A DNA stretch of 64,000 bases from Oscillospiraceae bacterium (GTDB taxonomy: Bacteria > Bacillota > Clostridia > Oscillospirales > Oscillospiraceae): the NCBI GenBank assembly GCA_017465745.1, contig JAFTVM010000005.1, positions 20,628 to 84,627 on the forward strand. The letters are read 5' to 3'. Positions 40,646 to 49,580 of this stretch are shown here, in pieces. The translations under genes were made by a program, and so were the position numbers. Each line of letters begins with the position of its first letter. Position 1 is the stretch's first letter. Below the pieces are notes generated by a model. That model made no database searches, had not been told where the DNA came from, and saw nothing but the letters and a program-made list of their open reading frames with translations.

Positions 40646-42915
40646 GCGTCAGCCTCCTTCTTCTTTGCGGCAGACTTTTTAGTGGTGGTTTTCTTTGCCG
40701 CCGTCTTCTTCGCAGTGGTCTTCTTTGCTGCGGTTTTCTTGGCGGTCTTCTTTTCTTCCTGGACGATCTCGCCCTCGGGCTCGCCGGGGACGGATTCGGT
40801 GGTTTTCTTCTTATAATAGCCCCGCTTGTCCTCCGGCAGGAAGTTCTCACAGGTCTCGTTGATGCAGAAGGGCTTCATGCGGCCCTTGCCGGACTTTTTG
40901 AACAGGGTGAAGCCGCACTTGGGGCAGTCCTCGGCGGTGGGGACATCCCAGCTCATGAAACCGCACTCCATGCCGCGCTCGCAGGCATAGAAGGCGTAGC
41001 CCCGCTTGGACTTCCGCTTGAGCATGCCGCTGCCGCACTTGGGGCACCGGCCGGGCATCCGCTCCACCAGAGGCTTGGCGTTCTTGCATTCGGGGAAGCC
41101 GGGGCAGGCCAGGAATTTTCCGAAGCGGCCCATCTTGATGACCATATTCCGGCCGCACAGCTCGCAGATCTCCTCGGTGGGCTCATCGGGCACCTTCAAT
41201 CGGACGCCCTCCAGAGCGGTCTCGGCGTCCTGAAGCTCCTGCTTGAAGCCGCCGTAAAACTGACCCAGCAGTTCCTTCCAGTTGCGCTTGCCCGCTTCCA
41301 CTTCATCCAGCTGGGACTCCATGTTGGCGGTGAAGTCTACGTCCACGATGTCGTTGAACCGCTCCAGCATCAGGCCAGTGACCACCTCGCCCAGGGCGGT
41401 GGGGGCCAGACGCTTGTCCTGCTTGACCACGTAATCCCGGTCCTGGATGGTGGAGATGGTGGCAGCGTAGGTGGAGGGACGGCCCACGCCCTTTTCCTCC
41501 ATGGCCTTGACCAGGGTGGCCTCGGTGTACCGGGCCGGGGGCTGGGTGAAGTGCTGCTCCTTGGTGAACTTCACGGGCATTGCCTTGTCGCCCACCTGCA
41601 GGTCGGGCAGGGCGGCGCCCACGGCTTCGGTTTCCTCATCTCTGCCCTCTTCATAGACGGCGATGAAGCCGGGGAATCTCATGCTCTGGTGGGAGGACCG
41701 GAAGGTATGGCCCTCGCACTGGGTATCGATGGACACGGTATCATAGACGGCGTTGGCCATCTGGCTGGCCAGGAAGCGGCTCCAGATCAGCTTGTACAGC
41801 CGGTACTGATCCTTATTCAGGCTGCCCTGGATCCGCTCAGGATCCAGCTCCACATGGGTGGGGCGGATGGCTTCGTGGGCGTCCTGGGCATTGGATTTAG
41901 TCTTGAAAGTGTGGAACTTTCCGTAATAATAGGGATCGCCGTAGCGGTGACGGATAAAATCAGCGGCGGCGGCCATGGCCTCATCGGACAGGCGCAGGGA
42001 GTCGGTACGCATATAGGTGATCAGACCCAGGGTGCCTTCGCCCTCCACGTCCACGCCTTCGTACAGCTGCTGGGCCACGGCCATGGTGCGCTTGGGGGTG
42101 AAGCCCAGCTTCCGGGAAGCCTCCTGCTGCAAAGTAGAGGTGGTGAAGGGGGGTGCGGCGGAACGCTTCTTCTCTGCCTTTTTCACATTGGTGACGGTGA
42201 ATTCCTTACCGGTGACGTCATCGATGATGGCCTGGGTCTGGGCCTCGTTTTCCAGCTCCCGCTTCTTGCCCTCGCCCCAGTAGTGGGCCAGGAAGGAGCC
42301 GGGCTTGCCGACGCGGTCCAGCTGGACATCCAGGGACCAGTACTCCCGGGGGATGAACGCCCGGATCTCGTTTTCCCGGTCCACCACCAGACGGGTGGCA
42401 ACGGACTGGACACGGCCGGCGGACAGGCCCCGGCGGACTTTTTTCCACAGCAGGGGGGAAAGCTGGTAGCCCACGATGCGGTCGAGAATTCTTCTGGCCT
42501 GCTGGGCGTCCACCAGGTCGTAGTCGATGTCCCGGGGCCGTTCGATGGATTCCCGGACCACCTTCTGGGTGATCTCGTTAAAAGTGACACGATGTGCCTT
42601 GGAGTCCGGGAGATTCAGCAGCTCCTTCAGGTGCCAGGAAATGGCTTCGCCCTCCCGGTCCGGGTCAGTGGCCAGGTAGACGGTGTCTACCTGTGCAGCC
42701 GCGTTCTTCAGCTCCCGGATCAGATCCTCCTTGCCACGGACGGGAATATAGTGGGGATCAAAATCCCCCTCCAGGTCCACGCCCATGGTGGACTTGGGCA
42801 GATCCCGCAGGTGGCCCATGCTGGCCTTGACGGTGTAGTCAGGGCCAAGATATTTTCCAATGGTCTTCGCCTTGGAGGGTGACTCCACGATGACCAGGTT
42901 GCTCGGTTTACTCAT
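40642..42915 (-). CDS. topA: DNA topoisomerase I
   Basis: IVESPSK, ATDPDREGE, SAGRVQS and ITYMRTD; zinc ribbons and a Lys-rich tail. Confidence 0.98.
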   Translation of the reverse strand: MSKPSNLVIVESPSKAKTIGKYLGPDYTVKASMGHLRDLPKSTMGVDLEGDFDPHYIPVRGKEDLIRELKNAAAQVDTVYLATDPDREGEAISWHLKELLNLPDSKAHRVTFNEITQKVVRESIERPRDIDYDLVDAQQARRILDRIVGYQLSPLLWKKVRRGLSAGRVQSVATRLVVDRENEIRAFIPREYWSLDVQLDRVGKPGSFLAHYWGEGKKRELENEAQTQAIIDDVTGKEFTVTNVKKAEKKRSAAPPFTTSTLQQEASRKLGFTPKRTMAVAQQLYEGVDVEGEGTLGLITYMRTDSLRLSDEAMAAAADFIRHRYGDPYYYGKFHTFKTKSNAQDAHEAIRPTHVELDPERIQGSLNKDQYRLYKLIWSRFLASQMANAVYDTVSIDTQCEGHTFRSSHQSMRFPGFIAVYEEGRDEETEAVGAALPDLQVGDKAMPVKFTKEQHFTQPPARYTEATLVKAMEEKGVGRPSTYAATISTIQDRDYVVKQDKRLAPTALGEVVTGLMLERFNDIVDVDFTANMESQLDEVEAGKRNWKELLGQFYGGFKQELQDAETALEGVRLKVPDEPTEEICELCGRNMVIKMGRFGKFLACPGFPECKNAKPLVERMPGRCPKCGSGMLKRKSKRGYAFYACERGMECGFMSWDVPTAEDCPKCGFTLFKKSGKGRMKPFCINETCENFLPEDKRGYYKKKTTESVPGEPEGEIVQEEKKTAKKTAAKKTTAKKTAAKKTTTKKSAAKKKEADA

Positions 42916-44171
42916 GAATGTGCTCCGTTCCTACTTTTTGCTTTCAGCATAATCTGCCTGCCGGGGAGCCGCTTGACCACGCCCTTCACTTCCAGAAGGG
43001 TCAGCATGGCCAGCACTTTGCCGGCGGAAAGACCTGTTGCCGCGATCACATCATCCACCAGCTTCGGTTCCTGACCGATGGCTTTGACGATGGTCTGTTC
43101 GTCAGCGGACAGACCGGGCAAGGTATCATTTAAGTCAATATAAGGCGTTAACGCCTCGTTGTCAATGGCTTTTTTGTCAGCTTTTTGTTTTCGGGATGGT
43201 TTTTCTTTCGGCAAAGCCGGTTTCTGCGCCACTTTGGCAGGTACTTTTTCCACCTCATCGGGATAGGCCGTGAGACTGGAGGTGCGGTCAAAGCGACGGA
43301 TCTTACCGGGAAAATGGCCCTCGTACTCGCTGAGGATGTCCCAGCCGGAGCCGACTGCAATGGCCCCGTCCCGCAGAAGCCGGTTGCTGCCGATGAAGGT
43401 ATCCACATCGATATTCCCCGGCACCACAAAGACATCCCGGCCCTGGTCAGCCGCCTGCCGGGCGGTGATCAGCGCGCCGCTTTTCTCCGGTGCCTCCACC
43501 ACCAACACACCACAGCTCAGGCCGCTGATGATCCGGTTGCGTTTGGGGAAATTCCATCTGTGCGGCGGCGTTCCCGGCGGAAATTCCGACAGGATACAGC
43601 CGTAGCGCTCCGTGTCGGCAAACAGGCTCCGGTTAGACAGTGGATACACCAGATCCGCGCCGCAGCCCAGAACCCCCACCACACTGCCCCCGGCCGTCAG
43701 CGCACCCCGCATGGACATGCCGTCGATACCGGCTGCCATGCCCGAGACCACCGTACCGCCGCATCTGGCGATCTGGTAGCCCATGCGCTTGGCGGCAGTC
43801 AGGCCATAGGCCGAGGCCCGCCGGGTGCCCACCACGCCAATGAGGGGCAGGCCATCAAAATCCGGGAGCCTACCTTTATAATAGAATACCAGCGGCGGAT
43901 CCGGGATATTCTGCAGCCGCCTGGGATAAGCCGCATCCTGCCAGGTCAGCACACGCAGCCCCGCCCGGTCGCAGTCGTCCAGGATCTGCTCAGCGGGAGT
44001 CAGGTCCCGGTCTTTCAGGGCTTCCGCGCCCTCCTGGGTCAGGCCCTCGATGTCCGGGAAATCCCCTGCAAAGTAGACGCTCTCCGCGTCGCCGAAATGC
44101 CGCACCAGCGATGCCTTCACCCAGTCCGTCATATGGGGCCGGGTGGCCAGCCAGATCCAATGAATGAGCAT
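42912..44171 (-). CDS. dprA: DNA-processing protein DprA
   Basis: VVGTRRAS, VSGMAAGID, FPKRNRIISGL and SGALITA; C-terminal winged helix. Confidence 0.95.
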   Translation of the reverse strand: MLIHWIWLATRPHMTDWVKASLVRHFGDAESVYFAGDFPDIEGLTQEGAEALKDRDLTPAEQILDDCDRAGLRVLTWQDAAYPRRLQNIPDPPLVFYYKGRLPDFDGLPLIGVVGTRRASAYGLTAAKRMGYQIARCGGTVVSGMAAGIDGMSMRGALTAGGSVVGVLGCGADLVYPLSNRSLFADTERYGCILSEFPPGTPPHRWNFPKRNRIISGLSCGVLVVEAPEKSGALITARQAADQGRDVFVVPGNIDVDTFIGSNRLLRDGAIAVGSGWDILSEYEGHFPGKIRRFDRTSSLTAYPDEVEKVPAKVAQKPALPKEKPSRKQKADKKAIDNEALTPYIDLNDTLPGLSADEQTIVKAIGQEPKLVDDVIAATGLSAGKVLAMLTLLEVKGVVKRLPGRQIMLKAKSRNGAHS

Positions 44172-44191
44172 TTCGGTTTCCTTCTTTCTCT

Positions 44192-44941
44192 TTATTTCAT
44201 CTGCCACATAACGATGGCGGCGGCAATGGCCGCATTCAGGGATTCGCAGTGGGGATTCATGGGGATGATCAGCTCTGCATCCGCATTCTCCAGCACTTCC
44301 GGCCGGACGCCCCGGCCCTCGCTGCCGATGACCACCGCCATTTTGCGAAGATCGGCGTTTCGGATATCCTCCGCCCGGTCAGACAGGGCCGTCACCGCCA
44401 CAGGGATCCCTGCCGCCGCGCAGGCGGCCTTGGCTTCTGCCCAAGTGGTCTGAATCACGGGGGTGCGGAACACCGCGCCCATGGAGGAACGCACCACCTT
44501 GTGGGAATAAGGATCCGCACAGCCCTCCAGCAGCACCACAGGGATCTCCAGGGCGTCGGCGGTACGCAGGATGGTACCCACGTTGCCGGGGTCCTGGATA
44601 CCGTCCAGCATCAGCATGCCGGGCTTTGGTACAAATTCCGTCTTTTCCGGCATCCGGCACAGGAACAGGGCGCCCTGGGGGGCCTCCATGGGCGAGATGG
44701 AGGCCATCACGTCCTCCGGCACCCGGATGACCCGGACGGATCCGGGCACTGCCACCTCTACGCCGTCGGAAAGGATCACCGTGTCCAGACCCTCGTAAAA
44801 TCTCACCGCCTCCGCCAGCAGCTTGGTGCCGTCACCCACGAACAGTCCGGCCTTCTCCCGCTCCTTTTTGGAGGTCAGCAGCTTCTTTACCTGCTGCAGG
44901 AGGGGATTTTTTCTGGAAGAAATTCTGGTTTCGTTCATCAT
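44192..44941 (-). CDS. TrmH/SpoU-family RNA methyltransferase
   Basis: QDPGNVGTILRTA, GSEGRG and IPM...ESLNAAIA. Confidence 0.93.
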   Translation of the reverse strand: MMNETRISSRKNPLLQQVKKLLTSKKEREKAGLFVGDGTKLLAEAVRFYEGLDTVILSDGVEVAVPGSVRVIRVPEDVMASISPMEAPQGALFLCRMPEKTEFVPKPGMLMLDGIQDPGNVGTILRTADALEIPVVLLEGCADPYSHKVVRSSMGAVFRTPVIQTTWAEAKAACAAAGIPVAVTALSDRAEDIRNADLRKMAVVIGSEGRGVRPEVLENADAELIIPMNPHCESLNAAIAAAIVMWQMK

Positions 44942-45074
44942 GTTTACCGCCTTCCGTGCCTGTCCAAAAAGCACAGACTTTCCAAAATATACTTTATTAT
45001 ACACCAACAGTCCACTTTTTGGCAACCCCTGTTTGCCATGGAAAAACAGCCCCCAAAAACGGGGGCTGCACAGT

Positions 45075-46580
45075 TCACATCATGGGTGCAAAAAGCCGCA
45101 GAACACATTGCCACACCAGCAGCATGGCGCCCCGGCCGGCGGCGTATTTTTCCGTGACTTCCGTAGATTTTTCGAACATCGCCTGGAAATCCCGCTCCAC
45201 ATCCGCCGCCGCGGGACACCGGTGCAGGATCACATCATTCTCAAAATGGAGGTACAGGCTCCGGAAATCCAGATTGGAGGTACCCACCACCGCCGTTTCC
45301 CCGTCCCGGACGCACATTTTGGCATGGCAGAAGCCGGGGGTGTATTCGTAGATCCGCACCCCCTGCCGGGCAAGCCCCCCATAATAGGACCGGGTCATGG
45401 AGTAGACGGTCTTTTTGTCCGGGATACCGGGGGTGATGATGCGCACATCCACGCCACGCTTTGCCGCCAGCCCCAGGGCACGGTTCAGCTCGTCGGTGAT
45501 GATGAGATAGGGTGTGATGAACCAGATCCGCTCCCTTGCACTGCCGATCAGGTTCAGATACAGATCCTCCGCCGCCCGGTGCTCATCCAGCGGATCGTCC
45601 CCGAAAGGCAGTATGTATCCCTCCCCTGCTGCCGGACAGGCAATCCCCAGCCAGGGCGTCAGGTCCTCTTCCTCCCGGGCGGTAACACTCCACAGCTCCA
45701 GAAAGGTGCGGGTCAGGCTCTCCACCGCCCGTCCCTCCAACCGCAGGCCGGTGTCCTTCCAGTGTCCAAGGGGCGCGGAATAACCAAAGTACTCCCCCGC
45801 CAGGTTGAACCCGCCGGTATAGCCCACACGCCCATCGATGACAGTGATCTTCCGGTGATCCCGGTGGTTCATGAACAGATTCAGAAACGGCACCGCCGGA
45901 TTGAACACTTTGCAGCGGATCCCCCGCCTGTTCAGCCGCCGAACCAGCTTCATGCTGGCCACGCCGATGCTGCCGATGTCGTCGTACATCAGCCGCACCT
46001 GAACGCCGGCCGCGGCTTTTCGGGTCAGGATCTCTTCAATTTCCCGGAAGGCTGCCCCGTCCTCCACGATGAAATATTCCATGAAGATGAATTTCCCGGC
46101 GGTTTCCAGATCTGCTTTCAGGGCTTCAAACGCATCCTTGGCTTCAGCAAAATACCGGACGTCGGTATCGCCGTACACGGGATACCCGGATTTTACAATA
46201 CTGCGGCTCCATTCCATGCCGGCAGGCACCCGGCTGTTTTCCGGCTGCGGCATCTGCCGGCGCACCGCCCGCAGCCGCTTCTTGGTTCCGCCCAGATCGC
46301 CGCAGACCACGATCAGCAGGTACAGCGACAGACCCATCACCGGAAATACCAGGATCAGCATGATCCAGGGCATTTTCATGGCGGCGTTGGTATGGCCCGA
46401 GTACAGCTTCAGCACCACCAGAGCAGCCAGCAGACTGCTGCACAGGGATATATAGACCGAATACCGGTTCAGCGCTACGATCTGCACGATGATCCACGCC
46501 GCCTGGGCCACCACAGAAAGCCCCACGAACACGATCCGGGCGATGGAATTGGCCCCGCGGTGCGCGTCAGTTTGTTTCAT
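45075..46580 (-). CDS. cls: Cardiolipin synthase
   Basis: Two HKD motifs (HRKITVID, HAKMCVRD) and N-terminal TM helices. Confidence 0.93.
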   Translation of the reverse strand: MKQTDAHRGANSIARIVFVGLSVVAQAAWIIVQIVALNRYSVYISLCSSLLAALVVLKLYSGHTNAAMKMPWIMLILVFPVMGLSLYLLIVVCGDLGGTKKRLRAVRRQMPQPENSRVPAGMEWSRSIVKSGYPVYGDTDVRYFAEAKDAFEALKADLETAGKFIFMEYFIVEDGAAFREIEEILTRKAAAGVQVRLMYDDIGSIGVASMKLVRRLNRRGIRCKVFNPAVPFLNLFMNHRDHRKITVIDGRVGYTGGFNLAGEYFGYSAPLGHWKDTGLRLEGRAVESLTRTFLELWSVTAREEEDLTPWLGIACPAAGEGYILPFGDDPLDEHRAAEDLYLNLIGSARERIWFITPYLIITDELNRALGLAAKRGVDVRIITPGIPDKKTVYSMTRSYYGGLARQGVRIYEYTPGFCHAKMCVRDGETAVVGTSNLDFRSLYLHFENDVILHRCPAAADVERDFQAMFEKSTEVTEKYAAGRGAMLLVWQCVLRLFAPMM

Positions 46581-46669
46581 TATATCTTCTCCTCGCTTTA
46601 TTCAATCCATTTCTATTGATATTATAGGAAGAATTCCCCCAAAATGCTTGAACAAGATATGAAAAATGC

Positions 46670-46700
46670 TGTTGCGCGCGCAACAAAAGTCTGCTATAAT
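46670..46700 (+). promoter_or_regulatory. MATE gene promoter with a perfect 16-bp palindromic operator over the -35 element
   Basis: TGTTGCGCGCGCAACA overlapping TTGCGC-17 nt-TATAAT. Confidence 0.65.
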
Positions 46701-46733
46701 GGGTGTATAATTATACCGAAAGGGAAACTGCGT

Positions 46734-48098
46734 ATGCATACGAAAATCATCCGCCGCCAGGATGTGGACATGACCCAGGGCAACATTACAAGCCATATTC
46801 TGACCTTTGCCATTCCCCTGGTACTGGGCAATCTCTTCCAGCAGATGTACAACCTGGTGGACACCTATGTGGTGGGCAACTACGCCACCAACGAGGCCTA
46901 TGCCGCCGTTGGCTCCGTGGGCGTCATCGTCAATATCTTCATCGGCCTGTTCTCCGGCTTTTCCTCCGGCGCCGGTGTGGTCATCAGCCAGCATTATGGC
47001 GCCCACGACCTGGACAGGGTGAAAAAGACCGTCCACACTGCTGCCCTCACAGCGCTGATCCTGTGCCCCATCTTCACGGCCCTGGGCCTGCTGCTGACGC
47101 CTTATATGCTGCAGTGGAACAATACCCCGGACAATGTGCTGCCGGAATCCACCACTTACTTAAGCATCTATTTCTGGGGTATTTCGGGCCTGCTGATTTA
47201 CAATATGGGCGCGGGCATCCTCCGGGCCGTAGGCGATTCGAAGCGGCCATTCTATTACCTGGTAGTCTGCGCCTGCATGAATGCGGTGCTGGATGTGGTG
47301 CTGGTGGCGAAATGCAATATGGGTGTGGCGGGCGTTGCCATCGCCACGGCGGCTTCCCAGTGTACCTCTGCCCTGCTGGTTACCATCCAGCTGCTGAAGA
47401 CCTCCGGCTGCGTGAAAATCACGCCCCGTGACCTGCGGATCCACCTGCCCCTGCTGAAGCAGATCATCCGGGTGGGCATCCCCTCCAGCATCCAGATGTC
47501 CATCACCGCTTTCTCCAACGTCTTTGTTCAGAGCTATATCAACTACTTCGGCGATAATCTCATGTCCGCCTGGACAACGTATTCCAAGGTGGACGCTATC
47601 CTGTTCCTGCCCATGCAGTCCATCGCCATGGCGGTCAGCACCTTCGTGGGTCAGAATCTGGGTGCCGGTCAGGTGGAGCGGGCCAAGGCAGGCGTGAAGA
47701 AAGCCCTGACCATTACCGTGATCTTCTCGGCGGTGATGATGATGCCGGTGCTGATTTTCGCCCCCGTCATCGTCCGGGTCTTCAATGACGCCCCCCAGGT
47801 GGTGGAATACGGCACCCTGCTGCTGCGCTTCATCACGCCCTTCTTCCTGGTCAGCTGCGCCAACCATATCTATTCCGGCGCCCTCCGGGGTGCGGGCAAC
47901 AGCCGGGCCACCATGATCATCATGCTGTCGACTTTTGTCGGTGCCCGCCAGCTGTACCTGTTCATCATGTCCCGGATCTGCAACGAGGTACTGCCCATCG
48001 CCATGAGCTATCCCCTGGGCTGGATCCTGTGCAGCCTGACCACGGTGATCTACTACCACACGACCAAACTGGACGCCACCCGGCTGACGAAAAAATGA
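46734..48098 (+). CDS. MATE-family efflux transporter
   Basis: DMTQG...FAIPLVLGNLFQQMYNLVD, GDSKRP and GQNLGA; about 12 TM helices. Confidence 0.95.
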   Translation: MHTKIIRRQDVDMTQGNITSHILTFAIPLVLGNLFQQMYNLVDTYVVGNYATNEAYAAVGSVGVIVNIFIGLFSGFSSGAGVVISQHYGAHDLDRVKKTVHTAALTALILCPIFTALGLLLTPYMLQWNNTPDNVLPESTTYLSIYFWGISGLLIYNMGAGILRAVGDSKRPFYYLVVCACMNAVLDVVLVAKCNMGVAGVAIATAASQCTSALLVTIQLLKTSGCVKITPRDLRIHLPLLKQIIRVGIPSSIQMSITAFSNVFVQSYINYFGDNLMSAWTTYSKVDAILFLPMQSIAMAVSTFVGQNLGAGQVERAKAGVKKALTITVIFSAVMMMPVLIFAPVIVRVFNDAPQVVEYGTLLLRFITPFFLVSCANHIYSGALRGAGNSRATMIIMLSTFVGARQLYLFIMSRICNEVLPIAMSYPLGWILCSLTTVIYYHTTKLDATRLTKK

Positions 48099-48112
48099 TC
48101 CCCACAACGCAG

Positions 48113-48152
48113 CAGCGCCGACTCCGAAAATCCGGAGCCGGCGCTGATTTTT
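48113..48152. terminator. Terminator between MATE and ugd
   Basis: CAGCGCCGACTCCG...CGGAGCCGGCGCTG-ATTTTT. Confidence 0.75.
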
Positions 48153-48161
48153 ATACTGGGA

Positions 48162-49406
48162 TCAATCTCTGGTGTAGATATCTCTGGTGTAGACCTTGTC
48201 GGAAACGTCTTCCAGTTCGGCATTCTGTCTGTTGGCGATGATCACATTGGACATCTTTTTGAACTCGTTCAGATCGCAGATTACGCGGCTGCCAAAGAAG
48301 GTCTCGTCCTTCAGGGTGGGTTCGTAGATGACGACCTCAGCGCCCTTGGCTTTGATGCGCTTCATGACGCCCTGAATGGAGCTCTGACGGAAGTTGTCGG
48401 AGTTGGCCTTCATGGTCAGGCGGTAGATACCGACCACGCAGTGGTTGCCGGGGGTGCCGTCTCTGCCAGCGGTGCCTTCGCCGTAGTAGCCGGCCATCTC
48501 CAGAACACGCTCTGCCACGAAGTCCTTTCTGGTGCGGTTGGAATCCACGATGGCGCGCATGATGTTGTTGGGCACATTATTGTAGTTGGCCAGCAGCTGC
48601 TTGGTATCCTTGGGCAGACAGTAGCCGCCGTAGCCGAAGGAGGGGTTGTTGTAGTGACCGCCAATTCTGGGATCCAGGCACACGCCGTCGATGATGGACT
48701 TGGTGTTCAGACCACGGACTTCTGCGTAGGTGTCCAGTTCGTTGAAGAAGGAAACACGCATGGCGAGGTAGGTGTTGGCGAACAGCTTAACAGCCTCTGC
48801 CTCGGTGGGATGCATGAACAGCACATCAATGTTTTCCTTGATGGCGCCGGCCTGCAGCAGCTTGGCAAATTCAGCAGCCTTCTGCTCCAGCACGGGATTG
48901 TTCTCGGGCACACCCACGATGATTCTGGAGGGGTACAGGTTATCGTACAGTGCTCTGCCCTCGCGCAGGAACTCGGGGGAGAACAGGATCCGGTCCGTGC
49001 CGTACTTCTCACACAGGCTGTTGGTGTAGCCGACGGGAATGGTGGACTTGATGATGATGATAGCCTCGGTATTGACGCTCAGCACCAGCTCGATGGCACT
49101 CTCAACAGAAGAAGTATCGAAATAGTTCTTCTTGGGATCATAGTTGGTGGGGGTGGAGACGATGACGAAATCGGCATCCCGGTAAGCAGCCTTTGCATCA
49201 ATGGTAGCAGTCAGGTCCAGCTTATGGTTGGCCAGATACTCCTCGATCTCCTTGTCAACGATGGGGGACTTCTTGTTGTTGATCAGGTCGACCTTCTCCG
49301 GGATAATATCCACGGCGGTGACATGATTGTGCTGGGCCAGCAGAATGGCGTTGGACAGGCCCACATAGCCGGTACCGGCAATGGCAATGTTGTAGAATTC
49401 TTTCAT
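48162..49406 (-). CDS. ugd: UDP-glucose 6-dehydrogenase
   Basis: [24 protein letters not shown] and SDNFRQSS. Confidence 0.96.
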   Translation of the reverse strand: MKEFYNIAIAGTGYVGLSNAILLAQHNHVTAVDIIPEKVDLINNKKSPIVDKEIEEYLANHKLDLTATIDAKAAYRDADFVIVSTPTNYDPKKNYFDTSSVESAIELVLSVNTEAIIIIKSTIPVGYTNSLCEKYGTDRILFSPEFLREGRALYDNLYPSRIIVGVPENNPVLEQKAAEFAKLLQAGAIKENIDVLFMHPTEAEAVKLFANTYLAMRVSFFNELDTYAEVRGLNTKSIIDGVCLDPRIGGHYNNPSFGYGGYCLPKDTKQLLANYNNVPNNIMRAIVDSNRTRKDFVAERVLEMAGYYGEGTAGRDGTPGNHCVVGIYRLTMKANSDNFRQSSIQGVMKRIKAKGAEVVIYEPTLKDETFFGSRVICDLNEFKKMSNVIIANRQNAELEDVSDKVYTRDIYTRD

Positions 49407-49580
49407 TGTTTTTCCTTTCCCTTTCGTAGTAGTAAGAAGTTAATCTCGATTCCGAGTGCGTAACAAAAGCTGATCGCATCTTCTCAGGAGAATTCTTTCA
49501 GAAGCCTCTCGATGAGGCCGATCCCATTTGAAATGAAGAACCAAAACAACTGATCAGACAGATGCTCCGGAAGATGAAAT

